A stretch of 64,000 bases of DNA, from NCBI GenBank assembly GCA_964247055.1, contig OZ176057.1:3100001-3164000 (forward strand), in the 5' to 3' direction. A model generated the notes under the pieces. It saw only the letters and a list, made by a program, of their open reading frames with translations. It made no database searches and had not been told where the DNA came from. Both the position numbers and the translations under genes were made by a program. The stretch comes from Paragordius varius. Lineage: Eukaryota; Animalia; Nematomorpha. The stretch's first letter is position 1. Every line of letters starts with the position of its first letter. Positions 37,701-47,134 of this stretch are shown here, in pieces.

Positions 37701-40700
37701 TACGAAATGGAGGTTTATCGCAATATTTTTTATTAACAAACTTTTTTTTTATATACATTATCTGTTTAAAAGACAACTTGGTTAAGCGATGATGCATCTG
37801 TAGACCATGATAAATTCCAAGCCTGGGTCCGCCAAAATTTTGAAGATCATGATTTACATATCCTAATTAGCCAGTATGATATATTTTTACAAATAAAATA
37901 ATTTAAAAATGAGGCGAGTGTAATCTTCTAAATGAGTGTGTGTAAAAACAATATATTTTTTGTCGATTTTATACTTTCCCAATATTAACCATTCCTTCTA
38001 TGCACGATTTTTATTTACCCCATTCAAAATTATTTTAATTTGATACCATATATAAGAAGTGATTTATTGTTGATTTTTGGGAATCCTAAATCAATTGAAC
38101 ATCACAAAATGCTAATTTAAAAGAATAATGGTTATAATATATATATATCACTAGTCGACAAATTTGGACATTTTTAAGCACCACCACTCAAACTATTTAA
38201 ATTATGACTAATTTCAGTGTTTTAAAACCGAATTTGAAAAAAAATTGATCCCGCCAATCAGAATTTTGAAATTTTATAGGTTTTTCAATTTTTCAAAAAC
38301 AAGAGAAAATCGAGAGAAAATTAAATATAACTTTATAATAAAATGTTATTATATTATAAACTTAATATCATTTAATAAAGCGTTTTAAACTCTATCTTTT
38401 GAATATAAATATGTCATTTAAATATCAGAGAGAAAAAAATAGTACGGACTCAAACGTCAAAATTTAGTCTTTTTTTTCAAGTAAATTTTTAACACATGTA
38501 AAAAATTTTTAAAAAAATACTAAAAAAGGCATTCTATGGTTTAAACCTTCGGCTTTCAGATAGGCAATATTTTTTTTTGTTAGATTTCGTTCTTTCGAGT
38601 ACTTATTAGACTTTTTCTCTTGAGTTTATAAAAAATCCTTTATTTATACCTAGTGGTACCTTATTTTTTTAAAATTATTGGTTGTTTTGTATTTTGAATT
38701 TCAGATGGATGTTGTGTAGCCACTTTTAGTAGAATTTACTGTTATGGGGTTGGACCATTTGTATTTACCTAATTTATATTCAATTTAATTGTAGAATTTA
38801 TCTAACTTTATTCTGTAAATTGGTTAATTTGACATGTCAATTTGCCACGATTTTGCTTGCAAGTCTCTCTTATCGGACTTTACGATTACTTATTGTTATC
38901 TTTGCCATATCTGGCATAATTATAGGATCGCTTGGGGGATATGCAGAGCTTGTGCAGCCGCCGATATCTATAACACTATACATAAGCCCCTTTTAGATTT
39001 TTAATACTTTGGCTCTTAGCTTGTTTAGTATCTTATTTAATGCCTAGAATTTGTTATCCATGCATGGAATATTACTTGTATCGACTTAATTGTTTGAATA
39101 TTTAAACATATGTACACCAGGAATGATTGTTATTTTTGAATTACATACAAATTTAAAAATTAAATTTTGGAAAAATCCTATTGGTTGCCTCAATTTTCTT
39201 TTTTGTTTTGGCCTTTCCATGCCATTAGGTATCAGAAAATGCAAAAATATTGGGGTGGTGCAAAACCTTGTTGAGCAGTGTATATATATATATATATATA
39301 TATATATTGATCAATACAAGTGATACTTTGCAAACTAAATTTGCGTGTGAGAATCAATTTTTTCAGATGTAGGCTGATTCAATTTCTATTATATTATATG
39401 ATCAATTATTAAGGTGTCGATCGTTGAGCCTATTTGAATTTATTATCTGATAATATGTCTGAGCTATTTGTTTGAATGCAATTGAAAATTCAATAATAGT
39501 CATAAGTTAGCCTCTGGTATAGCCCTATCACATGCAACATAACCCATCATAACAAAATACATCATAAGTGAGAAACGTACATTTTCTGAATTATTAAAAT
39601 CTTTTATCGAATAATCACTTTTGAAATGTTTCGATCAACATCAGATGTGTAAAAATTGGCTTTTTAAAAACAATATCAGAAAATCGCTTTTTAAGCATTT
39701 TTGAAAAGTGCATTTTATATTTAACATTTCGCTTCGGCACAAATCATTTTTTGATTATATATCCAAAACGTATACTGTAAAGATTTACCCAGAAAGAATA
39801 TTCACCTATGGTTAATACCCTAATTTTTTTAAATAATTTTAAACAACTTGATTAGCAACATCATTGACCAACCACACTCCCAGGACCACATTGAGGTTAA
39901 GAAATTTTGTCGCAAAATATTATTTAGTTTTATAATTCATACCATTTATTTCTGTGAAGTTTTTTTCAATAAAATGTATGTTTTTGCACAAACTGTAGAC
40001 GATTAACGGGCGCTGTAACATTGGATGGATATTTTTGTATATTCTATTTTTTCTTAATTTTGATTTTGATTATATCCGATATTTATACATTTGTCCGATA
40101 ATATTTTTAAAGTTGGAGGTATTACAGTTGAAAACGATTTATGTCAACCCGGGAGTGTCATGTTAATTAAAGATTATGGATTCATAGATGCATATTCCAT
40201 TGCCCATGAAATTGGACACAAGTATCATTTTAAGCGGGCTTTTTAATTTTAACAAATAATTTAATTATTAATTCTATATTTATTTTTTTTATTTTGGTCA
40301 ATGACAATTTGTTAAAACGTTGGCTTTTTATTATTATAATCGCCATGATCGAAATTAATGGGTATCAGATAAGTTGAAATATTATTCATTAACTACTCAT
40401 ATAATTTTCTCAATATATTTATAAAAATGGAAAATCCTGGCTTTGTGATCTGATTCCAGAAAACCGGAAGACTTATTCATATCCAAATATTGTAAAAATA
40501 TAATCATCAATGAATGGCCCGACAATAGCTTCTTTTTTGAATTAGGTCCCCAGTTCGGGCCCAACCCGTGTAAAAAACGGGTTTTAAACAGTCCACAAAA
40601 ATCGTGTCTTTGAGAAAATTTTCCGGAAAAAATGTTGGACCATTCGTTTCATATATGATTTTTTTCACTTATTTTTGATTGCGCCGAACATAGTCGGCTT

Positions 40701-43700
40701 GCTTTTTTAATTTAGGCCCTCTTTTTACCCACTCCTCCCGTAAAATGCCATTTTTTCAATGGAATTAATTCCACAAAAATAATTTTTTGAATCTATTTTT
40801 CGGATATAAGACCAAAAAATTCAATGATGATATCAGGTATTCCCTGTTAAAAGGCAAAATTTTTAGTCAAGCGTTTCTTTGATGATAGCTGCTGGGTAAG
40901 GAGATACTCGCTAAATGCGCCATCCTATCGAATTAGCGTGCCTTTGGGGATAAATTTCAGAAAACCTATCAGGCCATATGAGTTCAATAAGTGCTTAAAA
41001 TATTACCCCTAACAAGGCAAAAATTTAGGTGGTGTGGTTAAATATTAGCCTTTAACTAGGCCCTTCACTCCCTGAAAAATGCGCCACCATAGAATTTTTT
41101 AGTTTTGAGGCAATTTTTCCAAAAACTAATGAGAGCATATGGAATCCTCATGATTCCGGTCCGTAAAAAGGCAAAAATTTTAATCTAGCGCTTTTTTTGT
41201 ATCAGCCTCTGGGTGGAGAGCTACCCGGCCAAAACTGCGCCACCATATCGAAATTGCGTTGTTTAGGAGTTTTTCCGAAAACTTATCAGGCCAAATAAGT
41301 TTTAAAATGGCCTGAAATATTACCCGTAGAAAAAATTTAAGACGAGCAGTTTTAAAATAGCCCTTATTAGGTTCTTTACGCCCTAAAGCGCTAATAGAAC
41401 TATTATTTAGTTTTGAAGCCATTGTTCCAACTATTAAGAACAAATATGAAATAAATGATGATTCCAGGTTTTCTGTTATAAAGGCAAAAACTTTTCTCGA
41501 ACCTCTTTTTATATTGGCTTCTGGGTAGGGGGTTACCAGGGTAAAATTGCGTCACCACATCGACACAGCATGCCTTCAGAAATTTTATCAGGTCATAAAA
41601 GTTCAATAAGGGCTTGAAATATTACCCGTGAAAAAGGCAAAAATTAAGTAGAGCGTTATTAATTACCCCTTAATTTGTCCCTTGCCCTAAAAAATGCGCC
41701 ACCATAGAATGAATTTTTGGTTTGAGGCAATTTTTCGAAAAGCCAGATCATATGAAATTAAATATGATTCCAGGCATTCCCCGAATTAAGGCAAAAATTT
41801 AATCGAACGTTTTATTGTTTCGCCCCTGGTTAGGGGACTACCCGCGTAAAACCACATCACCATATCGATACAGCATGCTTTTGGAGCCATTCAGAAGCAA
41901 ATATTTTGCCCAACGCTTTTTTTATACCTGGCCCAGAAATTGCGTTGTTTTGCGTACCGAAAACTTATAAAGCCATTAAGCTCATTAAAACCCTGAAATA
42001 TTACCCGCAACTAGGTAAAAAAAGTCAGGCGTTTTTTATTAGCCGTTATTTGCCTTTATGCACTAAGAATACGCCATCATATAACGATTTAGTGTTGAGG
42101 TGTTTTTTTGAAAAACCCATAAGACGATGGCATCAAAGATGATTCCAAATATTTGCCTTATAAACACAAATTAAACTTAGCGCTTTTTCCATATAGGTCT
42201 ATGGGTAGGGCTCTACCCGTTACTGAGACGCCATAGAAAAATAGCGTGGTTTTGGAGACATTCATAAAAACTTTAGAAGCCCTATGAGTTGACTTAAACA
42301 CATTTCTTGTTAATTTGTATAATATCATTCTTACCTTCAAAAAGAAACCACAAATAATTTATTTTTTATATTCCTTGTTCCCAGTAGTGTGAACATTATA
42401 AAATAAAACTTTTAACCATGATTTCGTAAAACGAAAATCTTAAAATAATTCCAATGATAGTTAAATATAAACTGTAATAAGGGACAGTTTAAATATGGTT
42501 TCGAGTGAGCCTATACAAAAACCTATAAAAGAATAATAAAAAACATTTTTTTATTGAATATATTTTTTACTTTTATCTCCATTACCTCTATTTATTGCAA
42601 ATTATTAAAAATAATTATCGGTGAAACTACGTCACAGCGAAGCGTGACAGGGCCAGCTAGTAATAAATATAAAACTACAATAACTTACAAACAAAGGGCA
42701 AAAAATAATTTAATGGATCAAAACAACAGGACTAATTAAATATTATTCATATTCAAATAACAAAATATTAAAACATAAAATCATTTTTTTCAAACGAGAG
42801 CCATACTTTTTTAACGAATTTTTACTCCATAAACTATTTATGAAATATATACATTAGGCACAATTATACTTGCTTATTAACATTATTATTGATTTGATTT
42901 ACAATAGCGTATATTATAGTTTTTGTCCCTTATCAAATAAACAAAGTAAAGTAAAATGGGAAAGATTCTTTTTTTAACATTTCGTTGTTTTTTTAATCAC
43001 TACTGTGTAGCCATTTAAGCAAATATAATTTAAATGGCATAAATACTGTATTGAATATGTTAATTACAAATTCCTTCTGCAATCCAAAAGGATAAATTGG
43101 ATTTATAAATAATCAAGATTTGAAAATATATGGTGTTTGTTGTTATATTTTTACATTGGTCAGTATAATTTAAATTTTTACTATTTTCCCGTTGTCGGCT
43201 TAATGAGTGCGCCTGGAATAATTCCAATTGCATATAACCGTTTGATAAACGACAATACCATGCAGGTCATACTATTTGAATCACATTTAAAAGCTTCATT
43301 TATCTTAAATGTTAAATTTATTCAATTTATATATATGTTAGATTTGGATGCCCTCATGATCAAAGTGTTGAAGAGTGCAATGGCACAGAAACAAGAGGGA
43401 TTATGCATTACGATTCAGTGGGTCATCAATTAAAGCGTTGGTCTTCGTGTTCAGAACAAGCAATTAGACAATTTGTTGAGTATATAATTTTATGTAAATG
43501 AGATTTTCCAGACTTAAATAATATCCCCATCCCCGTCGATAAGTGATAAAAAAATAAATCAAACAAACATAAAATAAGTTTTATCTTCATTGTCCGTAAT
43601 CTTTTTACTAAAATTTACTAAGATGTTTGATCTTTGTATAAAAAAATATTTTGTTTAACAATAACAAACCGAAAAAATCGAACCGTATTTTAACAATTAT

Positions 43701-44776
43701 CAGATTTTATATATTATATGTAATTTTTGTTACGGGTCAGCTCAAGTGCAAGTAATTGTGTTCGAAACGAACCAATAATCGATCTCTATTCATCAACACA
43801 ACTTCCTGGTTACGCCCTTGAACATGGCCTATGTCAAACGCCAGGCTATAATCCTGACGGGAAAATTGTCCATACGGTTGGTTTTATACTTAAATATTTA
43901 TAATATTTGTAAATAAATTAAAAATTATGTTACCAATATTATACAGGAATCCAATTGTACCTACCTTATGTGCCAATACAATGAAACGTCAAATTACATT
44001 GCCAATTTCCATCCATGGAATGGAACGCCTTGCATTCGGAGAGGACAAAATCATACTCTTAGTGAGCCCGAAAGAAAAACTCAGGTTACACAGTATTTCA
44101 TGCCATATTTACATAGCATATGTCGGATCCATGGTTATTCAAATAGCCCTTTTATTAAATATATCTCTTTTTTTGTTTGATCTAGGTCTGTCATAATGGG
44201 AGATGTCGTTATCTATCTAACCTTGTTCGCGAACTCAATATGGGATGGACACCGTGGTCGGGCTGGAGTGAATGTAGAAATGGAAAAAAGTTTAGAGAAC
44301 GTCGGTGTGGAAGCATAGAGTATAAACCATTGTTTTGCATAATTTTTTTAATTCTAGAAGAGTACTGGAAATATTGAACTGATAAAAAGTAGTGCCTACT
44401 TTTTAAATCACTCTTCTTAACATTGTTTGTTAAATATTTAAAAAAATATTTTTGACGGCTTAACCGACATATACAGTCGTGTAGGATACTAATGTAATTC
44501 TAGAAGGGATTTGGAAGATTTCGTTAATTTACCTAAAATTTAAGTAAGCGTCTGGAACAGTTAAACCATAAATTATTTGATTTCCCTTATTCTTATGTGA
44601 ATGCATAATATACATACATGAACAGTACTGGGCGCTAAATTCAAAAATGGGTTTATATTGAATTATTCATCTCACATTATTAATATATTCTGACAGTATA
44701 TAAAAAATATAATGTTAATTATTTTTTCAGATTCGATTTTTGCACGGGAGATTTCGTAACTACAGTATCGTGTTAA
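28766..44776 (+). CDS. ADAMTS-like M12B (reprolysin) zinc metalloprotease, truncated after one TSP1 repeat; ~551 aa in ~13 exons
   Basis: Manual model: 28766-29245 (signal peptide + prodomain), 35186-35300 (NGLIFD..KYFQI), 35400-35542 (RKNRPPRRVTRK furin-like site, LFIETG, YLILII), 37108-37167 (tentative), 37773-37873 (KFQAWV..DHDLHILIS), 39856-39895 and 39999-40014 (tentative), 40113-40221 (DLCQPGS..DYG..AHEIGH), 43342-43479 (KFGCPHD..GIM..WSSCS), 43741-43876 (CVRNEP..LPG..LC), 43947-44084 (CTYLMC..NGTPC), 44186-44319 (VCHNGRC..GWTPWSGWSEC..RERRC), 44731-44776 (FCTGDFVTTVSC-stop). All introns are GT-AG with consistent phases, and the total of 1656 nt is divisible by 3. Confidence 0.88.
29929..31021. 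mobile_element. Non-autonomous Tc1/mariner-like element, family D, copy 1 (intron 1 of the protease gene)
   Basis: TIRs CACTAGACAACAAATTT ... AAATTTGTTGTCCAGTG|TA; colinear with the copy at 31226-34296. Confidence 0.75.
31226..34296. mobile_element. Non-autonomous Tc1/mariner-like element, family D, copy 2, interrupted by a hAT insertion
   Basis: TA|CACTAGACAACAAATTT left end and AAATTTGCTGTCTAGT right end; homology to copy 1 breaks at 31418 and resumes at 33647. Confidence 0.75.
31419..33646 (-). mobile_element. hAT transposon (Tip100/ZMYM1-like), internally deleted, decayed
   Basis: Perfect 15-bp TIR CAGTGGCGTACCGAG and perfect 8-bp TSD GCCATGTA (31411-31418 / 33647-33654). Minus-strand remnants include WFFRRVDKKEGFEVERSW (TTF-type Zn finger region), QCYENAAAMSGHISGV and KRESETRWSARFQVVNA. 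Confidence 0.92.
34900..34962. mobile_element. Isolated hAT (Charlie-type) right end
   Basis: gcagcctgcgggctacgtgttggacacccctg, whose reverse complement is CAGGGGTGTCCAACAC. No partner end was found. Similar orphan ends occur at ~29811, ~27268 and ~18395. Confidence 0.5.
35610..35830 (+). mobile_element. Helitron internal fragment (sense orientation)
   Basis: Reverse complement of copy B 23920-24050 (ggtaggggtctaccgg...gagacgccatac..aaatggcgtgg). Confidence 0.7.
36000..36821 (-). mobile_element. Helitron copy C, 5' part only
   Basis: The minus strand begins A|TCTATATATTCATAAATGGAAAATGCTGG at 36821; colinear with copies A and B for ~820 bp. Confidence 0.8.
38149..39280. mobile_element. Non-autonomous Tc1/mariner-like element related to family D
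   Basis: Left end CACTAGTCGACAAATTTGG; right end atcagaaaatgcaaaaatattggggtggtgcaaaaccttgttgagcagtg|TA. The subterminal atcagaaaatgcaaaaa is shared with the family D copies. Confidence 0.6.
40113..40221 (+). CDS. Catalytic exon of the ADAMTS-like gene (HEIGH)
   Basis: GGITVENDLCQPGSVMLIKDYGFIDAYSIAHEIGH; CAT GAA ATT GGA CAC at 40205-40219; flanked by taaag| and |gtatca. Confidence 0.92.
40410..42660 (+). mobile_element. Non-autonomous Helitron copy D (best preserved ends), inside the intron splitting the zinc-binding motif
   Basis: 5' end TCAATATATTTATAAAAATGGAAAAT; 3' hairpin GTCACAGCGAAGCGTGAC (42631-42648), 8 nt, then CTAG|T at 42657-42661. Confidence 0.88.
43342..43479 (+). CDS. Exon of the ADAMTS-like gene with the third zinc ligand and Met-turn
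   Basis: (K)FGCPHDQSVEECNGTETRGIMHYDSVGHQLKRWSSCSEQAIRQFV; phase 2 at both ends, matching its neighbours. Confidence 0.92.
44186..44319 (+). CDS. Exon of the ADAMTS-like gene: end of the disintegrin-like domain and start of TSP1
   Basis: VCHNGRCRYLSNLVRELNMGWTPWSGWSECRNGKKFRERRCGSI, between tctag| and |gtataa. Confidence 0.9.
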
Positions 44777-44898
44777 AGGATGTAACAATATACCAATATA
44801 TTCTCCATATGTACCAATCAAAATCCATATGATTTTAGATTATTAATTGCCTATTATATGTGTTTTTCATTTCTGATTTATTTCAGTTATTTACCAAT

Positions 44899-44904
44899 AA
44901 TAAA
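44899..44904 (+). promoter_or_regulatory. Candidate polyadenylation signal of the ADAMTS-like gene
   Basis: AATAAA ~120 nt after TAA 44776 (weak evidence in AT-rich DNA). Confidence 0.4.
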
Positions 44905-45462
44905 GTTTTAATGAAAATTGTTATTTAGCATATCTGATAAATTGAATTTGGGAGGCGCTGACCTTTTGGGGTGTTAAAAATTTAAGCCAGTCTATGAAAG
45001 CTTATAATATTTACCAAATAAACATTATGTAATTTTTTTACTATGCCAAACGACTTTTAAAAGTTGGTTGAAGCAGGGATTAAATACGGAATCATTTAAA
45101 GATTAGATTTGGCCTAGAGTCTTTGATCACATTTATGGTTTAACAATAACCATAATTTTAGGTAAAATATATATGGCAAAGGAATGATTCTTAAAAAATA
45201 TAAAATATAAAGTTTTTTCTACTGTTAATTTAATAAAGTGATATCGATTAATTATTTTGTGGAAAAAGAGGTGCGAAGCTATTTAATTTACAAGATATTG
45301 TTAAACATTTTTTTGGTATTATAAAAAGGATTATTATTTTTCTAAGCGTTAAATTATTTTTATATTTTGAAGTTTTATGAATATTTACCATCAAATTATG
45401 TCAAATAATGTTTAATTTTATCTTATTTTTTACCTCTACCATCATGCTTCAAAAAACATATA

Positions 45463-47134
45463 CCATCGCACTTCAAGATTGTCCTTGAAAACTTCAAGTT
45501 AATCCTTGAACATTTCAAGTTGGTTCTTGGTCCTTTAATTTTTTGTTTTTTTATTAATCATATCCTTTATATTCAGCTATTATCAATTTTAATTTATTTG
45601 CTTTATTTAACATAAAATTCACTACAAAATTAAAATGTAATAGATTTTGACGCGCCATTAAAAAATAGATATTTTTCTGGGTTATAAAATTTTTTTATTA
45701 AAATCCTTCCTCTATATATTTATAAAAATGGAAAATGCTGGCTTTGTGATCAGTTTACGAAAAACCGATAGACCCATTCAAATCCAAACATCGAAAAAAT
45801 ATAATCATTAATGAATGCCCCAACAATAGCTTCGCCCTTTTTTGAAATAGACCCCCGGTTCGCCCCCCCCCCCCCCCCCCGTGTGATAAACGGGTTTTAT
45901 TGATAACACAAGTCCACAAAAATCGTGTCTTTGAGACAATTTTCCGGAGAACGTGTTAAACCATTCAATTTCAAATATGATTTTCGTTTACTTATTTTCG
46001 ATTGCGCCGAACATAGTAGGCTAGCTTTTTTGATTCAAGCCCTCTTATTACCCGCTCTCCCCGTAAAATGTCACCTATTTTTCGATTTTTCGCCTTAGGT
46101 ATGAGACCGTAAAAATTCAATAAAGATTCCACGTATTCCCTGTTAAAAGGCAAAAATTTTAGTCAAGCGTTTCTTGGATGATAGCTGTTGGGTAAGGAGC
46201 TACCCGCTAAAAACTGATTTCTCATGTAACTTTGTGATCTGTTTCCGGAAAACCGGTGAACGCAATCAAATCCAAATATCGAAAAAATATAATCATAAAT
46301 AAATGCCCCGACAATAGCTTCGCCCGTTTTTGGAATTAGGTCCCCAGTTCGGGCCCACCCCGTGTGAAAAATGGGTTAAGTCAATTTTTCGGAGAACGTG
46401 TTGGACCATTCAATTTCAAACATGATTTTGGTTTACTTATTTTCGATTGCGCCAAACTTAGTCGTTCACTTTTTTGATTTGGGCCCTCTTTTTACCCGCT
46501 ACCCCCGTAAAATGCCATTTTTTTAAAAAAAAAAGTCCACAAAAATAATTTTTTAAATCTATTTTTCGCCCAAGGTATGAGCCGTACAAACCTAATGAGC
46601 GTCCACGTATATCTGTTAAAAGGCAAAAATTTTAGTTAGGCTTTTCTTTGATGATAGCTGCTGGGTAAGGAGCTACCCGCTAAGAACTGATCCGATTTGT
46701 GATCTGTTTCCGGAAAACCGGTAGACCCATTCAAATCCAAATATCGAAAAAATATAATCAATAATGAATGCCCCCCCCAACAATAGCTTCGCCCTTTTTT
46801 TAAATTAGGCCGCCAGTTCGGGTTGAGACAATTTCCCGGAAAACGTGATGGACTTCAATTTCAAATAATAACAAATAACTCCAAAACAATAAAGTGGTTT
46901 TGAAAAAAATATCTTTCAAATGAATATATTATAAATAAGAAAATTAGGTTAAAAAATAATAAAAAAATAAATACATGCAAAATTATGGTTAAATTACTTA
47001 AATATTTTATGGACCAACTTGAAATGTCTAAAGACCGATTTGACGTGTTCAAGGAATAACTTAAGAGGTCAAGGATCAAGAAGTTTTCAAGGATTAACTA
47101 GAAGTGTTCAACGACACTCTTAGTGAGCAAATGG
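45463..47134. mobile_element. MITE, family B, interrupted by Helitron fragments
   Basis: TATA|CCATCGCACTTCAAG left end and GAGCAAATGG|TATATA right end, with 21-bp arrays at both ends. Confidence 0.7.
45711..46860 (+). mobile_element. Tandem array of three Helitron 5' fragments (copy E)
   Basis: TCTATATATTTATAAAAATGG at 45711. The sequence restarts at tttgtgatctgtttccggaaaaccgg near 46231 and 46698, each time after gggtaaggagctacccgctaa.aactgat. Confidence 0.8.

Noticed and set aside
38926-39000. GSLGGYAELV segment resembling the TLGLA motif
   Set aside because: Lies inside the Tc1-like element 38149-39280 and hits a stop; the equivalent motif is already supplied by exon 40113-40221.
43137-44196. 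ORF-track ORFs 43137-43433, 43927-44196 and 43968-44180
   Set aside because: The first two are wrong-frame overlaps of real exons; the third is in frame only to 44084 and then reads into the intron.
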